Shown here piece after piece: positions 55,558 through 64,000 of a stretch of DNA of 64,000 nt. A program made the position numbers and the translations under genes. The DNA lies in the IMG/VR virus record IMGVR_UViG_3300021431_000012, positions 11,699 through 75,698 of that record; one strand, written 5' to 3'. Within the stretch, counting starts at the first letter, position 1; each line of letters starts with the position of its first letter. Below the pieces are notes generated by a model. The model did no database searches and was not told the DNA's origin. It saw only the letters and a list, made by a program, of their open reading frames with translations. The stretch is from a virus. Its lineage: Duplodnaviria; Caudoviricetes.

Positions 55558-57654
55558 TCAAAATGGTGCTTCATCAAGCGTAGGAGCATCAAATGGCATA
55601 CCACTTGTTTTTGGCGGTTCATCTTTAATAAACGGCATAGTGCTTTGTTCAACTTTTTGTTCCCACCCATAACGCACTTCCTCGTCCATTGTGTTTTTGA
55701 ATCGTCTACTTTCGATTTCATAATGAAAACCGACAAGATAATCAACAACGCCATACATTCTATTTTTGGCAACCTCTAGAACATTTCCAAAACCTTGGAA
55801 CTTTTGAATTTCGCCATTACCAAAGAATTCTGCGCCTGAACGGAAAAAGTCTTGATTCACACGATGAATGATAAACACATTATCAACGGCATTCGTCAAA
55901 TCACTACTACCGCTAATATCTGTCTTTCGTAGGAATGTTGTAACCTTTCTTGGGTGTGCAACAAGAATGATGTGAACTTGATTTTTCTTCGCAAAGTCTT
56001 TTACTTGAAGAATTAGTTCGCGCTGCTTATTGTTTTTATCACCTTCCAATAGGTCAATATTCAAGCTAAACAAGTTATCAAGAATAAACACTTTTACGCC
56101 ACCTTTCAACAACTCCGTCATATCATGGAATATTTGTTCCCATGTGTTGCCATATTCGTTGTTGTAAAGAAAGAACTTTCCGTTCATCCATTCGTCAATC
56201 TTTTCGGCAATGTTGTTTGGAACAAAATACTTTCCATCGCCATATTGTGACGGCTTTAACCATCTTTTCCCTGCCGCTACCATCTGAATCCATGCCTTTA
56301 GGATGTCTGGGCGTAATTCGCCAGACCACAATGCAACCTTAAAGTCTTTTTGGATAATGTTAAGTATCAAAGTATTTAACCACGATGATTTACCGCTAGA
56401 ATTGCTACCACTAAGGATTGTGACCTCCGACATGTTCAAACCGACAATCTCTTTATCCAAGCCAAAGAAACCAGTTTTTACATTTTCAATCTGCGTGATG
56501 TCTATTTTCTTTATGTCACTCATCGAAAGCCACTTTTCGCCAAGTTCTGGCAATTCATCCTTGATTTCATACTTTGGCTTTTGTTGTGGCATGTATTGGC
56601 GTGGTTGATAATACGCTTGTGGTTGCCATTGCGGTTTAGAATACGCATCTGGTTCGTAGAACACACGAAAGTCATGCCACGTCTTATCCTTGCAATGTGA
56701 ATGCTGGCAATTAAACGTGATTTTACCTTCCGTGTCCAAGAATAATGCGCTATCCCATTTCTTGTGGTCTGAATGTGTATCTACCCATGGGCAATATTCA
56801 AGTGTAAACCTAGTGCTTGCGCCTTGCTTTTCCTCCTTGTAGACAATGCCGTGATTATTTAACCATGACCGTAAATCAAAAGGCATTGCGCTTTGCCGAT
56901 ATGGGTTTCGCACGATAGTTGCGGTCTTAGGTTCTTCTTTGGGCAACAAGTCTGAAAGTTCCTTGAACTTTTCTATCGGTGTAGCCTTAATTTCCTTTGG
57001 TACATAGATAATCGTTGACTCACGCCATGGTCTATCTTGTAAGTTTGCTCCTTTCTTTGCAATCGTACCATACAGCTTGCATAGACGTGCCAAATTAAAA
57101 TTCTTTTGGTCAAATTCAACTTTTTCATCTGAAAACTTTTCGCCCATGAACTTAAAGAAACCACGAATGATTTCTGTAGTTTCTTCATCATTTGGCAAGT
57201 CCACATGATAGTCTAGATGAATACCATTACCACTTTTGCATATCACTGGTTCGCTAAATCCGTGGTCGCGCAAAAACCTAAACACGTCTTGCGCTTTCTT
57301 GTATGCAAAGTTAAATTCTTCGTCACTAGCATTAACGCCCGACTTGCGAACTGGGTCAAAATCACACATTACCCACAAACGCCGTGTAATGTCGTTGTCG
57401 TTCGTTGTAATCTTTGGCGATTTGACAAACTTTTCGCTTTGCTGCCTACCATAACATGCGTCATCAATCCTATTTAGTACAAAATAAATTTGTTCGTCAT
57501 CCATATTACCATATGGTTCGATTTGTGCTAATAGGTTGTCAACGGATTTAAAGTAGCCGCTATATTGGTAGCGACCAAGTATGCGGACTTCGGTAAAATT
57601 ACCATCGCCCACAAACACCTCCCACCACCGCCTTATTGTATCTTTATTTATCAT
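55558..57654 (-). CDS. Primase-helicase (AEP-like N-terminus, SF4 DnaB/Twinkle-like C-terminus)
   Basis: DFD...SGNG.H primase motifs, Cys/His Zn module, Walker A SGSNSSGKS, LDNL, ILVAHPRK, EVAKNR. Confidence 0.9.
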   Translation of the reverse strand: MINKDTIRRWWEVFVGDGNFTEVRILGRYQYSGYFKSVDNLLAQIEPYGNMDDEQIYFVLNRIDDACYGRQQSEKFVKSPKITTNDNDITRRLWVMCDFDPVRKSGVNASDEEFNFAYKKAQDVFRFLRDHGFSEPVICKSGNGIHLDYHVDLPNDEETTEIIRGFFKFMGEKFSDEKVEFDQKNFNLARLCKLYGTIAKKGANLQDRPWRESTIIYVPKEIKATPIEKFKELSDLLPKEEPKTATIVRNPYRQSAMPFDLRSWLNNHGIVYKEEKQGASTRFTLEYCPWVDTHSDHKKWDSALFLDTEGKITFNCQHSHCKDKTWHDFRVFYEPDAYSKPQWQPQAYYQPRQYMPQQKPKYEIKDELPELGEKWLSMSDIKKIDITQIENVKTGFFGLDKEIVGLNMSEVTILSGSNSSGKSSWLNTLILNIIQKDFKVALWSGELRPDILKAWIQMVAAGKRWLKPSQYGDGKYFVPNNIAEKIDEWMNGKFFLYNNEYGNTWEQIFHDMTELLKGGVKVFILDNLFSLNIDLLEGDKNNKQRELILQVKDFAKKNQVHIILVAHPRKVTTFLRKTDISGSSDLTNAVDNVFIIHRVNQDFFRSGAEFFGNGEIQKFQGFGNVLEVAKNRMYGVVDYLVGFHYEIESRRFKNTMDEEVRYGWEQKVEQSTMPFIKDEPPKTSGMPFDAPTLDEAPF

Positions 57655-58730
57655 TTTTTAATCCACTTTCTTTCTTGTTTGCACCATGTTACAACACCCC
57701 TGCCATTGTTTAGTGTTACTTGCGCACCATCTGGACGTTCTTCATCAGAATACCCATCTGGAATGTGACCATCCCAATATCCTGTAAACATAAAGCATTT
57801 GTAATAATCGTTCCACCATAGACTACCACCGCATTCTGGTGAATACGGCGCATCCTTACCTAACATTATTGTCGAAAATGCTTGTGGATTTTCTAGATGC
57901 ACTTTTCCTTCCAACGCTTTAGTAAGCCATCCATTTGTATTAGCGAGCCACCAATCAAAATCTGGTTTCCAATTAGCATGTTGTTTGTTTGGATTGTAAA
58001 GCCACTTGTCTGCAAATGGCAATGTTTTGAAAAACTGTATTAGTTGTTCTTGCGTAATATCATTGTCATCTAAAGCTCTTTTAATTGCTCTTTTGCGTTT
58101 GTCGGTTATTTTTGTTACTTTACCAAGTTTCTTTCCATTATGTTCGTTCCAACAATCAACTATTTCTTGAAAATCATTTTTCTTTAAAGGTATGTTAATA
58201 CCTTTTTCTTTATTATTGTTAATAGTAGATGAGTTGTTATTATCTATATTATTATTATTATTATTTATATTGCACTTGTATTCAGCTACTTTTGCACTTG
58301 TATCTAAATACTTGTGCGAATGATTTTCCATACTTATGATAGAATATTCATTGTTATAAACTATATCTTCGTAGGCTTTTCCTATACGAAAAGCCGTATA
58401 ACTACCAGATTGGTTTTTTACAATTGCTTTTTCCAATAAGCCAAAATCACATAATTTCTTTAGTCTATCGCTTAATGCTTGTTGTTTTATGTTTAGTATT
58501 GGTAGGTCGTTAATGATAACTTGATACTTAATGCTAAAGAATGTTTTTTCGTCTATCACATACTTTATGATGTTGCGCCTATTCATAAAGTCGGCGACGT
58601 CTTGCAATATGAGAAGGTCTACAACATCAATTCTTTTTATAACTTTTGTTTTACCAAAAATTTCATCTACAATTGTTTCTTGTAGCTCCAATACTTTTTC
58701 TTGGTTAAATCCCAAAATTGAATATTTCAT
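57651..58730 (-). CDS. Phage replication initiator (N-terminal wHTH, Asn-rich linker, C-terminal helical domain)
   Basis: Start MKYSILGFNQ; I...WNE...KVTKITDKRKRAIKR...WKPDFDW pattern; coupled to the helicase gene. Confidence 0.7.
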   Translation of the reverse strand: MKYSILGFNQEKVLELQETIVDEIFGKTKVIKRIDVVDLLILQDVADFMNRRNIIKYVIDEKTFFSIKYQVIINDLPILNIKQQALSDRLKKLCDFGLLEKAIVKNQSGSYTAFRIGKAYEDIVYNNEYSIISMENHSHKYLDTSAKVAEYKCNINNNNNNIDNNNSSTINNNKEKGINIPLKKNDFQEIVDCWNEHNGKKLGKVTKITDKRKRAIKRALDDNDITQEQLIQFFKTLPFADKWLYNPNKQHANWKPDFDWWLANTNGWLTKALEGKVHLENPQAFSTIMLGKDAPYSPECGGSLWWNDYYKCFMFTGYWDGHIPDGYSDEERPDGAQVTLNNGRGVVTWCKQERKWIKK

Positions 58731-58733
58731 ATT

Positions 58734-58857
58734 ATGACCGTTTAAAAACCTAACGGGCAATGCTACTTGTTGCGGTCATTCAACTTTCACATTGCCCGTA
58801 TCGGCAAAATTAGTATATACTTATATTTTTATCTTTTGCGCCTATATGACCGACAAC
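58734..58857 (-). promoter_or_regulatory. Structured leader with three mutually complementary ATGACCG/CGGTCAT boxes
   Basis: Boxes at 58734-58740, 58773-58779 and 58846-58852; 10-bp stem 58753-58762/58790-58799. Confidence 0.7.
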
Positions 58858-58876
58858 GCATTACGATTTTCTGGTG

Positions 58877-58907
58877 CAAAGATAATGATAATATTTCAAT
58901 AAACAAA
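58877..58907 (-). promoter_or_regulatory. Consensus promoter of the replication operon
   Basis: TTTG (58907-58904), 19-nt spacer, TATCTTTG (58884-58877). Confidence 0.75.
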
Positions 58908-58911
58908 CAAA

Positions 58912-59802
58912 TTATTCTTGTTTTTTAAACATTAATATATTTTGATGCACTTTAACCAACTTGCCGCTTTTCATATTTCCTGCCGCTCTTAATGCCGCAC
59001 TAGCCAAAGATGTTGCCAATATACCTTCGTTGTAATATTTCATATTTTTGCATCTTTGCATAAGTTTAACCGTGTCTGCCGTGAACCCGTAATAATTTCC
59101 TTTTTTACAACGAACTTCACCGACGACAACTACGGCCATTCCATTTACTTTAAGTAATTTACATGCTTTACGCATAATGCTTTCAAAAGTAAATATGAAA
59201 TCATCATAATCCATGTTTGATATGTCTCCTTGAATATCGCTATAAACTTCTAAATCTGCGTACGGAGGGCATGTGAAAACAAGGTCAAAATCTTGTTGTT
59301 TAATTTGGTCGAGAACAATATTACTATCGCCGCAATACCATGTCGGTATATTATCTACTAGTATTTCTTTCGCTTGCGCTATGTTGCTATCTATTTGTTC
59401 TTGTCGTATATCTATACCAGTATAATGGTAACCAAGATAATTTGCAATGATTCCGCGAACGCTACCTCCCGCAAACGGGTCTAGAATTTTTCCTCCACTT
59501 GGGCAATACCAACGGTAAATTAACTCACAAAGAACTGGGTCGAATATAGAAGTGTCACTTGGTAATTTATTTCCTCGTAAAGTACCTTCTTCACCTTTTT
59601 TGTCTGCCCAATTTTTCATATGATAAGTTACGGCATCGCGGCCAACTTCTGACTGAATGCCTAGCCCAATCCATTTCTTTTTTCTAGCTTGCCACAATCC
59701 ATCTTTTGTGTCTAGAATAGAAAACGGGTTTGCACCAAATTCTTTTTTTAGGTCACCTTTTTCTTGAATAGGGTTACCAAATAAATCAAATTGTTGTTCC
59801 AT
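58912..59802 (-). CDS. DNA amino-methyltransferase (N6-A/N4-C type)
   Basis: Motif I ILDPFAGGS precedes motif IV FTCPPY; start moved to MEQQFD. Confidence 0.85.
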   Translation of the reverse strand: MEQQFDLFGNPIQEKGDLKKEFGANPFSILDTKDGLWQARKKKWIGLGIQSEVGRDAVTYHMKNWADKKGEEGTLRGNKLPSDTSIFDPVLCELIYRWYCPSGGKILDPFAGGSVRGIIANYLGYHYTGIDIRQEQIDSNIAQAKEILVDNIPTWYCGDSNIVLDQIKQQDFDLVFTCPPYADLEVYSDIQGDISNMDYDDFIFTFESIMRKACKLLKVNGMAVVVVGEVRCKKGNYYGFTADTVKLMQRCKNMKYYNEGILATSLASAALRAAGNMKSGKLVKVHQNILMFKKQE

Positions 59803-59809
59803 GTTGTTT

Positions 59810-60595
59810 TTAATTTTGTAATTTTTTACCAATTATCCAAAGTAAATCATTGTCTTTTATAAAAGGGATACATTTTGCTTCATATATTTCGTCAAGTTCT
59901 ATTCCGTCTATAGTTGTTTTTTGCGGTTTTGCATGATAATCAAACGGTGAGTTATTGAAAGAATATTTTACGTTTGTGTTGCCAAACAAGTCGTTTTTTG
60001 CTGGATATAAATTATATTTTTTAAATACATCTTGCGGGTTTTTCCCAACTACAATGCCAACAACTTCTTTGTCAATCATTCCGTAATATTCAAGACCTTT
60101 TATTATTGCAATCATATTCATGCCGCCACCACACGGAACAACAATTCGTTTAACGTGGTTTGGGATGTTTTGAACTTGATGCATATTTATATCAATAGTC
60201 AATTGGCATTCTAATCCAAAAGGTATGTATAAATAATTATTCTCTTTAGCGTACAAAGTAGATTGTGCTATAAGAACATTGTTATATCCGACTTTTGTTC
60301 TGTGTATTGTCGCGCCAGAAGTTCTTGATATTGATTCTATTATATTTGTATCTTTTCCGCTTGGCATAAAGATGTGGCTATTTACGCCCATTGTTTCGCA
60401 CACTTTAGCAACTACTTCGCATTGTCTGCTATCTCTACTGCCACACGTCACAAAGTTGCTTACGCCGTAATCTATCCCTTTTTTTATAAGTTCAAGGGCT
60501 ACACGAGCCTTGCCGCCGCAAACGCCATTTATTACAAATTCGTCTTCACGTTTGTAATAATGATTTCCAATTTTTTCAATTTTTGTTATTTCCAT
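59810..60595 (-). CDS. PLP-dependent enzyme, fold type II (ACC deaminase/D-Cys desulfhydrase/Cys synthase-like)
   Basis: KRED...GGKAR (Schiff-base Lys), VVPCGGG phosphate loop, LDEIYEAK. Confidence 0.8.
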   Translation of the reverse strand: MEITKIEKIGNHYYKREDEFVINGVCGGKARVALELIKKGIDYGVSNFVTCGSRDSRQCEVVAKVCETMGVNSHIFMPSGKDTNIIESISRTSGATIHRTKVGYNNVLIAQSTLYAKENNYLYIPFGLECQLTIDINMHQVQNIPNHVKRIVVPCGGGMNMIAIIKGLEYYGMIDKEVVGIVVGKNPQDVFKKYNLYPAKNDLFGNTNVKYSFNNSPFDYHAKPQKTTIDGIELDEIYEAKCIPFIKDNDLLWIIGKKLQN

Positions 60596-61628
60596 AATCT
60601 TTTATTTGATTGATTTTGTAATAAATTGCATTGTCATACCATGATTGTTTGTGTATCAACTGTGATTTATCACCGTGAACTCCATCCACAAATATAGCAT
60701 CACACAAATAATGCTCAAAAAGGTAGTCTTTAATATATTCTGAAGAAAGACATCCTAGATAATCTTTTATTTTTTTGGCAATTACAATGTCGCATTGTGT
60801 ATATGCAACTATTTTTTCTAACGAAAAAGACGTTATATTTTTACCACAATGTAAAAAATACGCATTTTTGTAATCTTTGCTTAATATTTCAATTCCTATA
60901 AGTTTGTCATTATAATAAAAAGCAAATGCGATGCCGCAATCTTTATTGATACATAAATCCAACATCCTATTCGCCGTTTTTGTGTTAAACTTGAATCTAT
61001 TTTCTATAAAATATTTATATAGATTATTTGCTTCGTATGAAACGGCTTTTATGTTAGTTTTATCTACAATAACAATCTTTACGCCATTTGATAAAAGTTC
61101 ATTTGCGTGACGATAATGTTTTCTTTGTCTTTTTTTTCTTTTATAACTTTTTGTAACATAGAAATTGCAGTTATCCCAATTATCGTTTTCTGTACATATT
61201 ACTTCGTATGTTTTTACCCTTTCAAAGTTCTTAAAAAATGGGATAACAACTTTATTTCCTGATATGTTTGCATTGTTACACAAAACTTTATAAGATATTG
61301 AAAAATATTGAGAATGAAACATTATTCCGACAATACGCAACATAACAAGAAATATGTTGTCTTGATGTTCTATCAACATGTATCTTAACTTATAGTTAGA
61401 TGTTGCTTCACCCCAATAACAAGACGTGTAATATTGCGGGATTTCGTTTATAGGGATATTATTAACATTAAAAAAGAAATCAAAAATTGGCTTGGAATTT
61501 ATGTCAATTCTTTTAGAATTTTTTTTAACCCATTCAAAGTTTTGGTTATTTTTAATAAATAATTCGTCAGACTTTATAGCATTGTCTTTGATTATGTCAA
61601 ATAATCCGAATAAATTTTGTTCATGCAT
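60576..61628 (-). CDS. DUF2156/MprF-C-like GNAT-fold (aminoacyl) transferase, tentative
   Basis: NFYV...KKRQRKH...N, AFYYNDKLIGIEI...LHCGKN, ...DG..GDKSQLIHKQSW pattern; very AT-rich; start moved to MHEQNL. Confidence 0.45.
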   Translation of the reverse strand: MHEQNLFGLFDIIKDNAIKSDELFIKNNQNFEWVKKNSKRIDINSKPIFDFFFNVNNIPINEIPQYYTSCYWGEATSNYKLRYMLIEHQDNIFLVMLRIVGIMFHSQYFSISYKVLCNNANISGNKVVIPFFKNFERVKTYEVICTENDNWDNCNFYVTKSYKRKKRQRKHYRHANELLSNGVKIVIVDKTNIKAVSYEANNLYKYFIENRFKFNTKTANRMLDLCINKDCGIAFAFYYNDKLIGIEILSKDYKNAYFLHCGKNITSFSLEKIVAYTQCDIVIAKKIKDYLGCLSSEYIKDYLFEHYLCDAIFVDGVHGDKSQLIHKQSWYDNAIYYKINQIKDYGNNKN

Positions 61629-61660
61629 AATTATAAAGTTTTTAGGTGAAAAATAAATTG

Positions 61661-61731
61661 TCAGGGTGTCAAGATTTGAACTTGAACTAATAGAACCAAA
61701 ATCTATTGTGCTACCATTACACCACACCCCG
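61661..61731 (-). tRNA. tRNA-Gln (anticodon TTG)
   Basis: Cloverleaf: acceptor CGGGGTG/CACCCTG, D arm GTGT-AATGGT-AGCAC, anticodon stem ATAGA/TCTAT with loop TT-TTG-GT, T loop TTCAAAT; CCA not encoded. Confidence 0.9.
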
Positions 61732-61837
61732 ATGTCCCCACCGCCGTGGGGAATTTACATAATTAATTCAAACTAACATAAATTATTTCGATTATGACTT
61801 TTTCGCCCATCACGGGCTAATCTTTTTGACCACGATG

Positions 61838-61868
61838 CAAAGTTAGCAATAAACGTTGAATATGCAAA
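61838..61868 (-). promoter_or_regulatory. Consensus promoter of the tRNA/modification cassette
   Basis: TTTG (61868-61865), 19-nt spacer, TAACTTTG (61845-61838). Confidence 0.8.
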
Positions 61869-62003
61869 CTTATAGGCGTGTTATTTTCGAAATTTTATAA
61901 GTTACAATAACATGGGGCGTTTGAATTTTGCCACTTTTCTTTTGTTTTAAGCGACTTTCTATTGAAATGTGATAACTTGTACCACAAAGCAAAAGAAATC
62001 GTC

Positions 62004-62288
62004 TTACGCGCCATTTCTTTGCCTATCTATTTCCATGATAGTCAACACGCAATAGTTTGCGATGTCCATAAGGTTATCGCGCATACTTTCATCATAGTTC
62101 ATTTTTTCGCCTTTCACCATTTTCTTGATGCGGTTCAATTTGTCATTGATACGCGCCACAGCTGGTATAAAACCGAATTCTTTTATGGTGTCGCCAAAGC
62201 TATTTCCGTAGTCGGCATTTTTCTTTTCATACGTTTCGCGCATTTCCAAAAGAATTTCGCTAAACTTGCTAACATTACTATTTTCCAT
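62004..62288 (-). CDS. DUF1599 / nucleotide modification associated domain 1 (Nmad1)
   Basis: YEKKNADYGNSF...RINDKLNRI...ESMRDNLMDIANYCVL; start moved to MENSNV. Confidence 0.85.
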   Translation of the reverse strand: MENSNVSKFSEILLEMRETYEKKNADYGNSFGDTIKEFGFIPAVARINDKLNRIKKMVKGEKMNYDESMRDNLMDIANYCVLTIMEIDRQRNGA

Positions 62289-62685
62289 TTTCTTTTTCTT
62301 TTTCGTAGTTAAACAACGTACTAACAATATGCCTGCATAGGTCATATGTGGAAACATTTCTGGGTATTTCGTCCCAATGCTGAGAAAGATAGTGTGCAAG
62401 TCTTTCCATTCCACCTAATTTCGCCAAAGAAACATCTTGAATGTCTCCTGCTTTTAGGCACATGTATTTTTCAAGCATATACTTGCCATTAGTGATGGAC
62501 TTTGAACCATAGTGCTTAACAACAACCCAAACGCCTTCTGGTAGGTCATTTGTCATTAGCATTGAACACGGTTCGTATTTATTACCAATCTTTCGATATA
62601 GCTTGTTGTCATGTTTTTGTACTGGCTCAACGTATTCAACATATCTGCCTTTTTCGTTCTTAACATAAAGTTTTGGCGTCTTCAT
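62278..62685 (-). CDS. Hypothetical protein
   Basis: ORF track. Confidence 0.7.
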   Translation of the reverse strand: MKTPKLYVKNEKGRYVEYVEPVQKHDNKLYRKIGNKYEPCSMLMTNDLPEGVWVVVKHYGSKSITNGKYMLEKYMCLKAGDIQDVSLAKLGGMERLAHYLSQHWDEIPRNVSTYDLCRHIVSTLFNYEKEKENGK

Positions 62686-63019
62686 CTTTTTGTTCGTGTT
62701 TAAATAATAGTGCGCTTACTTTGCTATAAGTTCCAACATGACCTAATTTTTTGATTTTGTCAAAATCACCTTTAGATTCACATTGGCGATAGGATTTACC
62801 GAATAGCTTTGGAATATCATTTCTAGCTATCCTGTCATCGTTTACGCAACGTGCAAGTAGTTCGACTTCTTCTTCCGTACCTTGACACTTTTCTTGTCGG
62901 TTGAGTTGAATGGTTTCTTTAATAAAACCACCCAACCCATATTTGCTAGCCAACGTGTATAGCCTTGCTAAATATTCCCGACACAATGATTGTAGTGCTT
63001 TGTTCCTAGCATCATTCAT
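62660..63019 (-). CDS. Hypothetical protein
   Basis: ORF track. Confidence 0.7.
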   Translation of the reverse strand: MNDARNKALQSLCREYLARLYTLASKYGLGGFIKETIQLNRQEKCQGTEEEVELLARCVNDDRIARNDIPKLFGKSYRQCESKGDFDKIKKLGHVGTYSKVSALLFKHEQKDEDAKTLC

Positions 63020-63021
63020 AA

Positions 63022-63399
63022 CTAGAATGGTATATCATCTTGTTCTTCAAACGGGTTTGTTTGCGTTACTTGTGGTGCTTGTTGTGGCACAACTTGCTGA
63101 GGTGCTACTTGTTGATTTTGATACACTTGTTCCGTTGGCTTGATGTTCCACACATTACATGATGTGTACCACTTGCTATTCCATTCGCGACTTTCGATGT
63201 CAAAGAAAACTGTTCTAGTTTGTCCCACATGAACATTCCAATGTGCCCACTTTTCATCACCCAGTGCATCAAACTTAATAATTTTCGGATAACGCTCGTC
63301 TTCATTCGAAAGGACGAATCCATAACGCTTCATTGTACCATTCTTCCCATTGAATGTGATTGGTTCTAAAACCTTTGTAATTTTACCTTGAATTTCCAT
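63022..63399 (-). CDS. DUF3127 SSB-like OB-fold protein
   Basis: MEIQGKITKVLE...YP..I.FD..G...FDIESREWN.KWYTSCN.W; acidic tail DDIPF. Confidence 0.85.
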   Translation of the reverse strand: MEIQGKITKVLEPITFNGKNGTMKRYGFVLSNEDERYPKIIKFDALGDEKWAHWNVHVGQTRTVFFDIESREWNSKWYTSCNVWNIKPTEQVYQNQQVAPQQVVPQQAPQVTQTNPFEEQDDIPF

Positions 63400-63416
63400 G
63401 ATGTTGTTTTGTTTTG

Positions 63417-63692
63417 TTATTCAAATATATCTAATAGAATGCTATCTACTTGTTGGTGTACCATGCGCTTGTTCCTTTCGGCACAAAAGCGGCAGTTGCC
63501 TTTGTGAGCGAGCAGATAAGTTCCTCGTATATATTCGCAGCTATCAATAACGACTATTTTATAGCCATCAACAATCCTTTTTGATTGATGTTCTTCCTCA
63601 CAGCTCATCAGCAGGAGAACTGCAAGGATGACGGTGATTGCCACTACTAAGGTGACGATGATTCTGTCTTTTATTCTTTCAATTTTCTTCAT
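63417..63692 (-). CDS. Putative lipoprotein (IDSCEYI...LAHKGNC..C)
   Basis: Hydrophobic N-terminus ending LMSC. Confidence 0.65.
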   Translation of the reverse strand: MKKIERIKDRIIVTLVVAITVILAVLLLMSCEEEHQSKRIVDGYKIVVIDSCEYIRGTYLLAHKGNCRFCAERNKRMVHQQVDSILLDIFE

Positions 63693-63999
63693 GTTTTTGG
63701 TTTGTTATTTCAGTTGTAAGACAATCTAATTGCTTTTTCAAATCATTCACTTTCATAAGTTCGCCATCCATCTTTGAAACTACTGCATCAGTAGCTTGGA
63801 TAGCCTTTTTCAAAGATTTTATTTCTTCATTTAAAGAAATGACGGCATCATACATGCTATTAATAAACTTATAATTTATTAGCATCCTTTCCCTCAAATT
63901 ATCAATACGAATGTTAGAATACCTAACATCACGTTCTATTTCGTTAATCTTAAAAGATACAAGATAAATACCTATTGTAAGAACAAAAATTGCTGTTGT
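63679..63999 (-). CDS. Membrane-anchored coiled-coil protein, 5' end outside window
   Basis: The frame is open to the window edge: TTAIFVLTIGIYLVSFKINEIERDVRYSNIRIDNLRERM... Confidence 0.6.
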   Translation of the reverse strand, partial: TTAIFVLTIGIYLVSFKINEIERDVRYSNIRIDNLRERMLINYKFINSMYDAVISLNEEIKSLKKAIQATDAVVSKMDGELMKVNDLKKQLDCLTTEITNQKHEEN

Positions 64000-64000
64000 T

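Noticed and set aside
61629-61727. N-terminal extension of the 383-aa ORF (MWCNGSTIDFGS...)
   Set aside because: It is the tRNA-Gln sequence read as codons; the true start is at 61628.
1-64000. Stop-codon reassignment (TAG to Gln), suggested by the tRNA-Gln and frequent CTAG
   Set aside because: The anticodon is TTG, not CTA; very long ORFs are intact in the standard code, and several genes end in TAG at sensible boundaries.

Overview
A 64-kb slice of a tailed dsDNA phage genome (Caudoviricetes, siphovirus-type: 2222-aa tape measure protein, long-tail genes). The host is almost certainly Bacteroidales (Prevotella-like), because the promoters match TTTG-N19-21-TAnnTTTG and genes have A-rich starts without Shine-Dalgarno motifs. 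The standard genetic code is used. Layout: (1) 1-11260, a leftward early/accessory operon of small genes (SSB, serine resolvase, ArdA, MoxR-like AAA+ with a vWA-like partner, DUF3574, DUF3846), with a tRNA-like RNA near the left end. (2) 11260-13600, a 2.3-kb non-coding control region with three perfect parS palindromes, a 550-nt hairpin-dense transcript, four 25-bp palindromes, an AT-rich tract and a possible packaging site. (3) 13599-14409, two rightward genes. (4) 14570-28734, a leftward head/neck/tail operon with a -1 frameshifted tail chaperone. (5) 28938-46909, rightward terminase, portal, lysis, tail-fibre and large tail genes. (6) 47110-50152, a self-contained six-gene cassette of unknown function. 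(7) 50264-64000, leftward replication genes (TerS-like, RusA, DnaN, primase-helicase, initiator), interrupted by a promoter-bounded cassette of tRNA-Gln, a DUF2156/GNAT-like transferase, a PLP enzyme and a DNA amino-methyltransferase. No integrase, repressor, DNA polymerase, reverse transcriptase or CRISPR array is visible in the window. All family names come from motifs recognised by eye; no database search or folding computation was run. The leading candidates for undescribed biology are the MTase/PLP/transferase/tRNA cassette, the orphan parS sites, the Ala-identity tRNA-like RNA, the long structured leader RNA and the six-gene cassette.
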